Below are positions 37,536-50,466 of a stretch of DNA of 64,000 nt, piece by piece. Numbering within the stretch: position 1 is the first letter of the stretch; each line of letters opens with the position of its first letter. The stretch is from Eledone cirrhosa (lineage: Eukaryota), in assembly GCA_964016885.1 (NCBI GenBank), contig OZ024746.1:80724001-80788000 (forward strand). Direction: 5' to 3'. The notes beneath the pieces were generated by a model. It saw only the letters and a list, made by a program, of their open reading frames with translations, did no database searches and was not told where the DNA came from. The position numbers and the translations under genes were made by a program.

Positions 37536-39157
37536 AGACTCTGACACTATTGTAGGACATAGAGCTAGAACATCTGTATCCACTTTAACAAATGTATGGG
37601 ATATTCTTTTTTACCGGTTAGCCAGGAGGAAGGCAGTACCACAGACCATTTTCATGGCATGTTTGCAACTTGTGGGAAGAAGTTATCCTTAGATCGGAGA
37701 CCTGGCTCATATGCTTGTTACAAAGTAGATTTTACTGAAGGCATCTAAGGACCAAGTGCTTGAATAGTTAGTAACTTATTTTATTGTTCCCTAATGATAA
37801 TATATAATAGAGTAACCAGAATCTAAATAAATATTTGAATGCTCTCACTGTACAAAATACAGTTATAAAGATTGAGCGCTAATCACTCCATCAGGATTCA
37901 CTGGTGCTGCAGAATAGTGTTATTAATGTTATTGTTACCGTATTTCTATTGGAATATGCTGCTAATATTTCAATTAATTTTGAAAGCAATCAACTATTTG
38001 GAGGAATTTAATAAAATAACTAATTAAGCTGATATTTAAAACATTACTTAAGAAAATTTTCTAAAATAAAATTATAATAAAAAGATTTATTTATTATTTC
38101 ATTTTAAAATGAGCAGTTTGATATCGTAAATACAGAGGAATTTCAGGCAGATTGGTATCAACAAGGTTAATTAAAAAGTAAAGTTGAATCTATCTTTATT
38201 TAAATACAATACTAAGCTTAGAAATAACATCTTTGTTTAAACTATCTAAATGAAACAATCTGTTCTTCATATATGATTCATATCTGCAGTCTAGAGTGAA
38301 TGAGTGAGTGCATTGTAAAATAATTGTTTCTACTTTAGGCACAAGGCCATTACTGGTACTTTATTTTATCGACCCCGTACCTCGGCGGGATTTGAACTCA
38401 GACTGTAAAGGGACGTAACTATGCTAGAATGATTTCAGATTCTTCTGGAAACATTGGCAATATCTTTTATATTACTTACAGTGTATAGGATATGGATGTC
38501 ATCACATATCAGCAAAAATACAAGTGGCTGAAAACAAAGATTTGAAGAAATAATTATGTAAAAAAACAAAAAAAAACAAACAAAAAACAACAACAATAAA
38601 AATAAATAAAGGAATAAATAGATAAGTAGTAGATAAATAAATAAATGAATAAAAACGAAAAATAAATAAATGAAAATATTCAGATTTAACACACACATAT
38701 AGACAAAGTATAAAAAATTGATAACAACTGTGAAAGCATGATATCTGTTGTCGCTTTTGTATCAAGTTTCATTTAGATATCTTTTCTCTCTGCACTCTCC
38801 TCACTGTTTACTCCTTGTCATTTATTTTTATCGTTTGGTCTTTCTCCACACATTTCTATCTCTACCTTTTTCTGTTTTCTTTTCCTCATAAAGAAAGTAA
38901 ACTAAATCATCATACCCCAAGACAGTGTGGGAGAATGCTTGCTCTATTGTGTGCAGAATTTCAGGCATAAGTCATTTTGGAGTGTCAATGGACAGAGTGT
39001 GACAAGTTTTACTCCAGAAGATAGCAAGTGAGATGCATTGAAACAGTCATTCAATCTCATGGGGAGTGAACTCTGCCCCGATAGCAGTAGGAGGTGATAT
39101 GGGGACCCAGAATGCAGGAAGTCCCCAATTTTACAGGTTCAATGTATTTAAAGTATT

Positions 39158-39345
39158 GGTGGATTGGCAGTATCAGTAGAGGGTCAGACGCCATGCTTTG
39201 AAACAGAGTTACCTCCCTGTATGATCTGAGTTCAAATCCCGCTGAGGTTAACTTTGCCTTTCATCCTTACAGGGTCGATAAAATAAAGTACTAGTAATGC
39301 ACTGGGTAATTGCTGGCCTTGTGCCAAAAGTAGAAACAATTATAA
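39158..39345 (+). mobile_element. tRNA-derived SINE, family A
   Basis: Family A head and core. Confidence 0.85.
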
Positions 39346-39516
39346 TATAAAGTTGGAATATAATGAGATTTTGTTATATTCCTAACCAAGAAATTAACAA
39401 ATGCTGGTTGAATAGATCCTTTTAGCTTAGACACAATCAACTTATGACACTCAGGTTTCACGTACCTCGTTATAACTTTTTGTATAACATAATGATAAAT
39501 ACAATTATATAAACAG

Positions 39517-39843
39517 ACATGGCTTAGTGGTTAGAGCATTGGCCTTGCAATCGAAAGGTTGTGAGTTCAATTCTCAGACTGGGTGATGTGTTGTTTCCTT
39601 GAGCAAGACACTTTATTTCACATTGCTCCAGTTTACTCAGCTGTAGAAATGAGATGATAGGGACTGGGGTCCCTATCATTCCACTGTAAAGTGGTCGTGG
39701 AGGTGCCACGGCAAAAAAGCACCCAGTACTCACTTTAAATGAGGTTGGTGTTAGGAAGGGCATCCAGCTGTAGAAATCAAGCCAGAATTAGTTCCCGTCC
39801 CACCCTTGCAAGCAGGAAAAGCGGACGTAAAATGAAATGATGA
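39517..39843 (+). mobile_element. tRNA-derived SINE, family B
   Basis: Near-identical to 13966-14303. Confidence 0.9.
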
Positions 39844-40898
39844 CACAGGCAACCACAGGGTTTTGGATTCAGTCCTACTATGAGGCACTTTGGGCAAGTG
39901 TCTTCTAATATAGCCTCATGTTAACCTAGGTAGATGGAAACTGTGCAGAAGCCTGTCATATATATATATATATATATACACACATGTTTATATATATATA
40001 TGTGTGTGTGTGGGGGGGGGGGGGGGGCTGTTTATGTCACATAACTTATTTGTTCAACGAATAAAGAATGATGAATTGAAACTAAAAAAAATTTTAAATA
40101 AGTTCTGAAACCACTAAAAGAACAAAAGATGATATTAATAAAATTATATAAACATAATTAACAATATTTTTGCAACAAACTTTAGGTTCAGCCCTGTTAA
40201 TTTAATTCAAACAATTGCGTTTCTTTCATGCTTTGTTCTGAAAGTTTGATGGAGCTGAGCAATTCCTCATATTATCAACCAATAGTAACACACTATATAT
40301 GATGTTTCTTAAATTAATGACCAGTGGAAATAGACTATATGGAGGTTGTTAAATTATTCTTTAACCCTTTTGATACTCACCTGGACAAACCTGACTTTAG
40401 TTCTAGGACAAAAATAAACAAAAAACACCCCTTTGAAAGGACTCTTATTTAAATTATCATTTTCCAAAATAATTTTATATAAGAATCATTTGCTACAGAT
40501 AGTATTTTAATGATATAATGTAAATACCTTCAAATTTTGTTTATTAATTAATTGAAATACAGTATATCACCATCACCATTATTATTTTTATATCAGTTTT
40601 TCTATGCTGACATGAGTGGAGGCAATATTTTATAGCTGGATGCCCTACTTGACTCCAACCTTTTTAATCACTTCTTACAGCACACAGGGATATAGTGTAC
40701 CTATTCTACAGAAATATGGTAATGAAAGGGGTAAGTAGTACAGCCCAATTTATGACAAAAAGTATCTCAAAAGAACTCACTGCTAGAAAAAGATTGTACA
40801 AAGCTGATAAAGCCTATAGTTAGTAGAATGAATACAATAATAATGATAGATAATAATGATAAGGGTTTATGCATCATTATCTTCATTTTACACGGGAG

Positions 40899-41090
40899 GG
40901 CAGTGGATTGGCAGTATTGGTAGGGGGTTGGATGCCATTCTTTGACACATAGAGTTATGGCCCTTTCCATTCTGAGTTCAAATCCCGCCGAGGTTAACTT
41001 TGCCTTTCATCCTTACGGGAGTTGATAAAATAAAGTACCAGTAATACACTGGAATAATTGCTGGTCTTGTGCCAAAAGTAGAAACTATTA
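40899..41090 (+). mobile_element. tRNA-derived SINE, family A
   Basis: Family A head and core. Confidence 0.85.
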
Positions 41091-43139
41091 TCTTCATTTT
41101 ACACTCATTTTCTATGTTGGCATAGGTTGGATGGGTTGTTATGGTCCAAGTCAATTTTTATACTTTTATTCTAGATTGGTGAAAGGCCCAAGGTCTTGCT
41201 TGTATGTTCCAACTTTTGGCATGGTTTCTACAACAAAATGGCCTTTTTTTTAACACTAACCATTTTACAGAGTGTACAAAGTACACATTTACCCCAGTAT
41301 CAACACAATATATATTATGTTTTAAAAATGAAAAAGAAAATGAATTTACTTGGAAAATACATTCTCATTATCCAACTCTACGAAAAACAAAACCAAAACA
41401 AAACAAAAAACCCTGTCATATATGATATCTGTTAAAAAAAAAAAGGAAATGGGAATTAAAATATTTCCCATGAAATAAGAAAAAATGTTACTTGAACTGG
41501 TGTCAGGTGTTATGGAGTAGTTGTTTTTTTTCTCCATAATATCTCCCTTACTAATGTAATAATAATGTAGTTATAAATAGAAACCTACTTGTAGTTTGTA
41601 TATTTATATAAGCCAACATCCATTGCTCACTCCAGGTGTATATTTCTTGTGTTCAAGTCATTCTAATTATAAAAGTACCAGAAAATTCATTGGAATGTAT
41701 CCTATGTATATTTTTTGGCTTCATTTATTTAGTTTTGATAAGATACAACACAATATTCTATTTATAGAAATATTATTCTGTTTTCAAGAATTAGTGCAAC
41801 TTTTGCATATTACTTCAGTTTTTTTGCAAATTATTTCATAGACACCAAGGAAACATATTTCTATATTATAATGCTTCTTAATATTGGTACAATTCCAATA
41901 ATTTGGAGAAGCTAAAATCTGGTTATATTGGCTCCAGTACTTAACTAGTACTTTATTTTATCACCCCTGGGAGAATGAAAAGCAAAGTTGACCTCTATGG
42001 GATTTGAAATCAGAACATAGAAAGTCATAACTAAATAGCCCAAAGCATTTTAACCAAGATTCTACTGATACTGCCATCAGCCATCCTAAAATATAATAAT
42101 TTTTTTCTAATTTAGGCACAAATGCTGTAATTTGGGGTGAGTTAAAAGTCAATTACATTGACTCCAGTACATGACTGGTACTTTATTTTATTGACCCTAA
42201 AAGATGAAAGGCAAATTTGACCTTCTCAAGATTTGAACTCAGAATGTAAATGATCAGAGCAAATACTGTTAAGCATTTGTGCAATGATCTAATGAGTCAA
42301 CCGATCCTATATATATCTATATCATAATAAATATACTAAACAGATCTATCTATATAAACATATACCAGAATTACCTTAGTTGTCACTGTGTAATTTTGCA
42401 AATTTAAGACAAATATGTACAATATCTTATATTTTGTCCTTACTTTTCTAGTATTCAACTCAAATAAATGCAAATTAAATTGAAATAAGACATTACATCC
42501 CAGAAAGTTTTATTTGAGAGTTGAATTTTGCCCCAATCTTTTCCTATTGTCATAAATGACTTTTACAAAACTGCCCTGGTCAATCTGGTCTACTGTTCAA
42601 TCTAGTCTACTAAGTCTAAAGTCTGACTTGAGCCTGGAGGCTCATCATGCCAGTGCTTATCCTGGTTTCCATGGTATGAAGTGACTGAAAGTACAAGACT
42701 CCCCGCTGGAGAGGTTGCCAGTCCATTGTAGGGTTAAACCCTTAGTTATTCCTGGTACTCATTTTTTTCAGCTGAGTATACTGGAGTAATGTGAAATATT
42801 TTGCTCAAGAACTCAACACACAACCTAGTCCAGGAGACAAACCCATGATATTATGATCATAAGTCCAACACCTTTACCTTTGAGCCAACTCCACTAATCT
42901 GGCCTACTGACCAATCATAAATGATGCACTTTACTCACTTTTTTCTCATCCATTGCAGATCACCACTGTAAACCCCCAGTCAAAACCATGCAACATGAAA
43001 CTCATTAATTTAATAAATATATACATACCACCATTAATCCCACCAAACATCCCACAAGGCTACATATGCTATCAACATCATTTTAATGAACTCGTAATCA
43101 TCATTAGACATGGCAACCTTCCTGGTATTGGTGATTTAC

Positions 43140-45907
43140 ATAGTTGTGCCTTAGTATTGTTGTATGTCTTAGTATTGTTGTGCCTTAGTATTGTTGTATG
43201 TCTTAGTATAGTTGTGCCTTAGTATTGTTGTATGTCTTAGTATTGTTGTGCCTTAGTATTGTTGTATGTCTTAGTATAGTTGTGCCTTAGTATTGTTGTA
43301 TGTATTAGTATTGTTGTGCCTTAGTATTGTTGTATGTCTTAGTATTGTTGTGCCTTAGTATTGTTGTATGTCTTAGTATAGTTGTATGTCTTAGTATTGT
43401 TGTATATTTTAGTATTGTTGTATATCTTAGTATTGTTGTATATCTTAGTATTGTTGTATATCTTAGTATAGTTGTCTTAGTATTGTTGTATGTCTTAGTA
43501 TTGTTGTGCCTTAGTATTGTTGTATGTCTTAGTATTGTTGTGCCTTAGTATTGTTGTATGTCTTAGTATTGTTGTGCCTTAGTATTGTTGTATGTCTTAG
43601 TATTGTTGTGCCTTAGTATTGTTGTATGTCTTAGTATTGTTGTATATTTTAGTATTGTTGTATATCTTAGTATTGTTGTATATCTTAGTATTGTTGTATA
43701 TCTTAGTATAGTTGTCTTAGTATTGTTGTATGTCTTAGTATTGTTGTGCCTTAGTATTGTTGTATGTCTTAGTATTGTTGTGCCTTAGTATTGTTGTATG
43801 TCTTAGTATTGTTGTGCCTTAGTATTGTTGTATGTCTTAGTATTGTTGTGCCTTAGTATTGTTGTATGTCTTAGTATAGTTGTGCCTTAGTATTGTTGTA
43901 TGTATTAGTATTGTTGTGCCTTAGTATTGTTGTATGTCTTAGTATTGTTGTGCCTTAGTATTGTTGTATGTCTTAGTATAGTTGTATGTCTTAGTATTGT
44001 TGTATATTTTAGTATTGTTGTATATCTTAGTATTGTTGTATATCTTAGTATTGTTGTATATCTTAGTATAGTTGTCTTAGTATTGTTGTATGTCTTAGTA
44101 TTGTTGTGCCTTAGTATTGTTGTATGTCTTAGTATTGTTGTGCCTTAGTATTGTTGTATGTCTTAGTATTGTTGTGCCTTAGTATTGTTGTATGTCTTAG
44201 TATTGTTGTATATCTTAGTATTGTTGTGCCTTAGTATTGTTGTATGTCTTAGTATAGTTGTGCCTTAGTATTGTTGTATGTCTTAGTATTGTTGTGCCTT
44301 AGTATTGTTGTATGTCTTAGTATTGTTGTGCCTTAGTATTGTTGTATGTCTTAGTATAGTTGTATGTCTTAGTATTGTTGTATATTTTAGTATTGTTGTA
44401 TATCTTAGTATTGTTGTATATCTTAGTATTGTTGTATATCTTAGTATAGTTGTCTTAGTATTGTTGTATGTCTTAGTATTGTTGTGCCTTAGTATTGTTG
44501 TATGTCTTAGTATTGTTGTGCCTTAGTATTGTTGTATGTCTTAGTATTGTTGTGCCTTAGTATTGTTGTATGTCTTAGTATTGTTGTATATCTTAGTATT
44601 GTTGTGCCTTAGTATTGTTGTATGTCTTAGTATAGTTGTGCCTTAGTATTGTTGTATGTCTTAGTATTGTTGTGCCTTAGTATTGTTGTATGTCTTAGTA
44701 TTGTTGTGCCTTAGTATTGTTGTATGTCTTAGTATAGTTGTATGTCTTAGTATTGTTGTATATTTTAGTATTGTTGTATATCTTAGTATTGTTGTATATC
44801 TTAGTATTGTTGTATATCTTAGTATAGTTGTCTTAGTATTGTTGTATGTCTTAGTATTGTTGTGCCTTAGTATTGTTGTATGTCTTAGTATTGTTGTGCC
44901 TTAGTATTGTTGTATGTCTTAGTATTGTTGTGCCTTAGTATTGTTGTATGTCTTAGTATTGTTGTGCCTTAGTATTGCTGTATGTCTTAGTATTGTTGTA
45001 GGTCTTAGTATAATTGTATGTCTTAGTATAGTTGTATGTCTTAGTATAGTTGTATGTCTTAGTATTGTTGTATATCTTAGTATTGTTGTATATCTTAGTA
45101 TAGTTGTGTCTTAGTATTGTTGTATGTCTTAGTATTGTTGTAGGTCTTATTATAATTGTATGTCTTAGTATAGTTGTATGTCTTAGTATTGTTGTATGTC
45201 TTAGTATTGTTGTGCCTTAGTATTGTTGTATGTCTTAGTATTGTTGTATATCTTAGTATTGTTGTAGGTCTTAGTATAATTGTATGTCTTAGTATAGTTG
45301 TGTCTTAGTATTGTTGTATGTCTTAGTATTGTTGTAGGTCTTAGTATAATTGTATGTCTTAGTATAGTTGTGTCTTAGTATTGTTGTATATCTTAGTATA
45401 ATTGTAGGTCTTAGTATAATTGTATGTCTTAGTATAGTTGTGTCTTAGTATTGTTGTATATCTTAGTATAATTGTAGGTCTTAGTATAATTGTATGTCTT
45501 AGTATAGTTGTGTCTTAGTATTGTTGTATATCTTAGTATAGTTCTATGTCTTAGTATTGTCGAATGTCTTAGTATTGTCGTATGTCTTAGTATTGTTGTA
45601 TGTCATTGTATAGTTGTATGTCTTAGTATTGTTGTATATCTTAGTATTGTTGTATATCTTAGTATTGTTGTATATCTTAGTATAGTTGTCTTAGTATTGT
45701 TGTATGTCTTAGTATTGTTGTATGTCATTGTATAGTTGTATGTCTTAGTATTGTTGTATGTCATTGTATAGTTGTATGTCTTAGTATTGTTGTATGTCAT
45801 TGTATAGTTGTATGTCTTAGTATTGTCGAATGTCTTAGTATTGTTGTATGTCTTAGTATTGTTGTATGTCATTGTATAGTTGTATGTCTTAGTATTGTTG
45901 TATGTCT
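43140..45907. repeat. 2.8-kb minisatellite of 16/18-bp units with higher-order structure
   Basis: Units ttagtattgttgtatgtc (18) and ttagtattgttgtgcc (16) with variants; marker tatattttag at 43403, 43643, 44003, 44381, 44759. Confidence 0.95.
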
Positions 45908-47890
45908 TTTTTAACAATTTATAAAGAGAGAGAGAGAGAGAGAAATGGCACCAAGTGCATATACTACAAATAAATCTATTTCCTATCTAACAACGTTTTT
46001 ATACAAAATACACACAATTTGTTCAATCTATAAACTATACATACATCTTTTGTCCTTTTATATAAAACATTGTATTAATACCTTCTGATTTAAATGAAGT
46101 AGTTTTATTTGTACTAAACATCTAAATATGATCATGTTTGTTGTTAGGGCTGAAATAGTTACATTCCTTTGATCTTCAAGCTACATTTTCTGTGTAATGG
46201 ATTTATTTTAAATTATTCATCCTCCAGTATAAATTGTATTTCATTCGCACTTACAATATCTCTTTTTACCTTTTTTTTCTGAATTGAGTGACTTAATTTT
46301 AGTTTATAACCAGAAAGTAACAATATTTAACACTTTCATTACGATATTTTTAATGAAAGACTATAAATGATTTCCGAATAATTTTGAAAATAATCAAGAA
46401 TTTGAAGAGTTTTAGTAATGTAACTAACTTTTTCATTATTATACTGGAGCATAAAGGTTCTTACATAAAAATTACGATTGAAAGTTTTTAGATAAATATA
46501 AACGTTGTAAAATGAGTAGTTTTAGGCAGTTTGATATCAAAAGGATTAAAATTGTTTTCTTGATCATAAGGTAGGAGGTTCTATCCTGGGATCAGACAGT
46601 CTGTTGTAACTTTGAATTGGGTACTTTATTTCATGTTACTCCTGAGACCTCTCAGCTGATAAATGAGTACCAGCTGTAGTTGGGGATTATCTTTGCAATG
46701 GACTGATAAAGATAAAAAATGGGGAAAATTTCTTTAATTTGTTTTAACATTTAATGGTGAGTCTCTTGTCTTAAGAGATACTTTAACTTTAACTCAAATT
46801 TTCAGATAATTTTCGTATTTTCATATAAACAAGAGATTTTTGGCAACAACATATGCTATTAAACAACTTTATGGCATTGTTTGTGCCAATGCAAGAAATA
46901 ACAGAGAGGGGGGGGGGGTAAAACTGGTCTTTAAAAGGACACTGAGGCTAGAGGTGCAATTTATTTTGAAGGACCCACCAACTGCAAATAAGATCTTCCA
47001 ATTAATGGAGGCTACAAAAAGATTTAACAATAGAAAAATTTAGCATTTTCTTTTTTTTCTCTTCTATCAATTGTTTTTATTTCATATATATAAGGGGTGT
47101 TAGATCCCTTTCTCAGTTTGTCATGGAATATTGGTTTTATATAGATGATTAAATATCAGTTTGGAAAATAGGCTTTACAGATTGATAGAGGTTCAGGAGG
47201 GTGTAAATAATTATGAAATACTCTTCATAAAAATCTTATTGAGCTTAATACTGAAACATGTAATTCCTTAACTATACGTAGCTGTTTTCATTAAAAACCG
47301 TTATTCTATGAAGCTTATCAACAGATATTTGAAAGAATTGGCATTAAAAAAAATATATATATATATATATATATATATCTGCTGTTATGACAATGCAGAT
47401 GATGTGTACGTGGGCAAGCTTTATAAAAAAGAAACCTAGTTCTTCATAAACACACTGAATATTCATCTAACTATAGAAATTACAGAGTGTAGCCATGAAG
47501 CATGTAAACATCATTTCTAAAGATGAATGAATCTACAATTCCATGAAATATCTTAAAGTCTTAGGAATGAAATATTAATTCCAATCCCTTTTAAAACCTC
47601 GGATTTAATTAGTTATATAATCTATCAATTTTCTATGAAAAGTAATTTCATACGTATTTGTTTGTATATATATATTTTTTCCAGATGTTATACGCAGGTA
47701 TATATATACATATAGATATGATACATCAAATAAAATTGTAATTGACAATATACACAGAAATTGAACGAAGACTGTGTTACCCGTCTTAGGTAATAAGTAA
47801 TGTAATCCATGATACATTAAAAAAAGACGATATTATATATAAACTACATTAGGAGAAAATTAGTGACAGAAAATTAGTATGTTTATTTAA

Positions 47891-47910
47891 GCGATCGCCA
47901 CCGGAAGTGT
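47891..47910. promoter_or_regulatory. Possible promoter motif (ETS-type ccggaagt) in a locally CpG-retaining region
   Basis: gcgatcgc palindrome followed by accggaagtg; surrounding ~600 bp has more CpG than the background by eye. Confidence 0.25.
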
Positions 47911-48446
47911 TGACATCACACACTCTCTCTTTCTATATATATGGTAGTTGAAGTGGTGGTGGCAACGATATTCCAGAAGTGCAACTTTGAAAAGAAGTCA
48001 ATTTTAAATTATTTATTTTTACGAAATTATTTTTGTTTACGAAATTTAGTAGATAAATTAGGTAATATTCATTCTTTATTTATTGAAAGTAATCCAACTT
48101 ATTTTACAAGCGGGATAAAAAAAATAAACCATACGCAGTCCCGCATACCTGCCTTTAGATTATATTCTTTATTTACATTATAAAACTCTTTTTTAAAAGA
48201 GTTGTCCCTCTCATTTTTTCAATAATGTCACTTTGACGAATCAAAGAAAGGAAAAAAGAGAAAAATAGACCAGTAAATATATTTTCTGTGCTATTTCCAA
48301 TTTCACCTTCTTTCTCTCTCTCTCCCTCTCTATATATATATATATATGTTATATATATATATGTTATATATATATATATCTATTTCATTAATAGCTAACT
48401 TTGTCTGTTACAATGCAAACACGTTTTGTGTTTATCATATATATTA

Positions 48447-48514
<68 letters not shown>

Positions 48515-48910
48515 TTATTAAAATAACAGATTAAAGTTTAAGCAAAGAATCGCTGCTTTCACCCTTAACGGGATCTCCTGAAACTAACAAAGTCAATCTG
48601 TAAACGCAGAAGTGGATATTTCAAAAAACGTTGCAACCGGAGGAAGACAGGAAGACGATACTTTGGTTCGTGGAAACGTTCCCTGCCAAAGAACGGGAAT
48701 AAACGAATATAATACGTCATTAATAGGAGCGGTGAAAAACAATTACGCGCAAAGACAGAACCACGTTTATGGTATAAAAGAGGTCGTAGACTAATGTTCT
48801 CTTAGGTAGTTCATAGAGACGTTCTCTGGCAATGAACGAAAAAAACGAAGATAATACGTCATATGTGGAACATGGAGAACAATTGAACGCAAAGTCAAAA
48901 CCACGCACAT
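48515..48910 (-). mobile_element. CpG-rich TA-abutting interspersed element with degenerate HHR-like motif
   Basis: 48517-48573 matches the reverse complement of 5263-5320, also next to (TA)n; internal ~143-bp-period duplication. Confidence 0.55.
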
Positions 48911-49044
48911 ATAAATATGTGTGTGTATGCATGTATACAAATAAATAAATAAATAATTTGCTCTACGGTTCTTATATATTTGATATATATTTATCCTTAT
49001 CTTTGGATTTTAGTCTTCAAATTTATTATTATTACTATTATTAT

Positions 49045-49090
<46 letters not shown>

Positions 49091-49615
49091 GTATATATAT
49101 GTATATATATATGTATATATATACATATATATATACATATATATATGTATATATATGTATATATATGTATATATATATATTACAAAACATACATAAATAA
49201 TGCCATGTTTGCATTTCTTTATTGATAGCATTGCTTTCGTATAATATTTTCTCAGTGATTATCAAGTGTTCTCTACATGAAAGCAATTAGCTAGCAATTT
49301 TCCATGCTGTATATTGCCACGGCATGCACTTAGGCACCTAAGCTAATAAATCTGCTTTTTGTTGTTCTTGTTGTTCTTGTTACTGCTAAGACCTTCTATC
49401 TGTACACTAAATCATAAAATACACAATGGATCAGCCACCTTGTGGCTATTTAACCTGCTAGAAACAGCAGCTAAACGTTCCTAAAATAAAACTTTACCAT
49501 CTGAAATAGGGAAAAGATGGGTTAGATAGTGTACCTCTAAAATTATGGAGCATTTATACCTGGACTACATCTGATTATTGATCTACTTGATCATGGTTAG
49601 GCTAGGGCTAAACAA

Positions 49616-49878
49616 ATCATCACCGTTTTACGTCCGTTCTTCCACGCTAGCATGGGTTAGACGGGTTGTCCTGTTGTGGGCAGTGTCCGGTCGGCTGACC
49701 TTGTCTTGCTCATACGGGAACTGATTCTGGCTTGATTTCTACAGCTGGATGCCTTTCCTAACACCAACCTCATTTACAGTGAGTGCTGGGTGCTTTTTTT
49801 TTCCGTGGCGCCTACACGTCCACTTTACAGTGTGGGCTGGGTCCTTTTTTGCCATGGCACCTCCATGACCACTTTGCA
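49616..49878 (-). mobile_element. Retroposon 3' module nearly identical to the RTE 3' UTR
   Basis: Collinear with 27299-27555. Confidence 0.88.
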
Positions 49879-50253
49879 TATAAAAGCAATATCATGCCAG
49901 ATTCAGTTGATTTGAAATTCATTGAATACCAGACCCATCCAACCCATGATAGCATATAAAAGCAGATTTAGTTCTTCATACATCCATGGATACAAATACT
50001 TCGACACATCATCAGTATTGTATCTTGGAGTCTGTAGGTGTTTAGGGTGTTACAGTATATATCATCCTCCAGGTGACCTGACTTGGGTTGATCAAACATC
50101 AGCCTGTGTCTAAGTGACATACATACTACTGACCTCATCTGTTACATATCTTCAGCCACAGCCATGTAGATACCATCTCTGTTGCTTCTATGTTGTTCTT
50201 GATGGTTCTTCTGCTCCAACCTGTAATTCTCAGGGTTCCATAAGCTTTAGTAA

Positions 50254-50466
50254 CCCTTTAGCATTTACATTACTCTATTATGATATTTTCATGGTAAATT
50301 ATCATAATTATCTCACATAATATGGAAGCTACGAGATTTTGATGATGATATTATTTATTTTGAGAACAATACCTTAATGTCAGTATGAGTGGCCAGTTAT
50401 GGCTGGTTTGAACAGAAAGAGGGGAGAGAATTCTGGCCAGATATGGCTGGTTTAAATGCTAAAGGG
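50254..50466 (+). mobile_element. piggyBac-like MITE
   Basis: 14-bp TIR ccctttagcattta / taaatgctaaaggg; flanks gtaa and ttaa. Confidence 0.8.

Noticed and set aside
43140-45907. CRISPR array or repetitive protein (LSIVV / YNNTKT ORFs)
   Set aside because: Units are contiguous with no unique spacers, there are no cas genes, the context is eukaryotic, and the ORFs are by-products of the 18-bp period.
48612-48794. Host coding exon in CpG-rich DNA
   Set aside because: Stops in all plus frames nearby, internal duplication, and its left end matches a repeat at 5263-5320.
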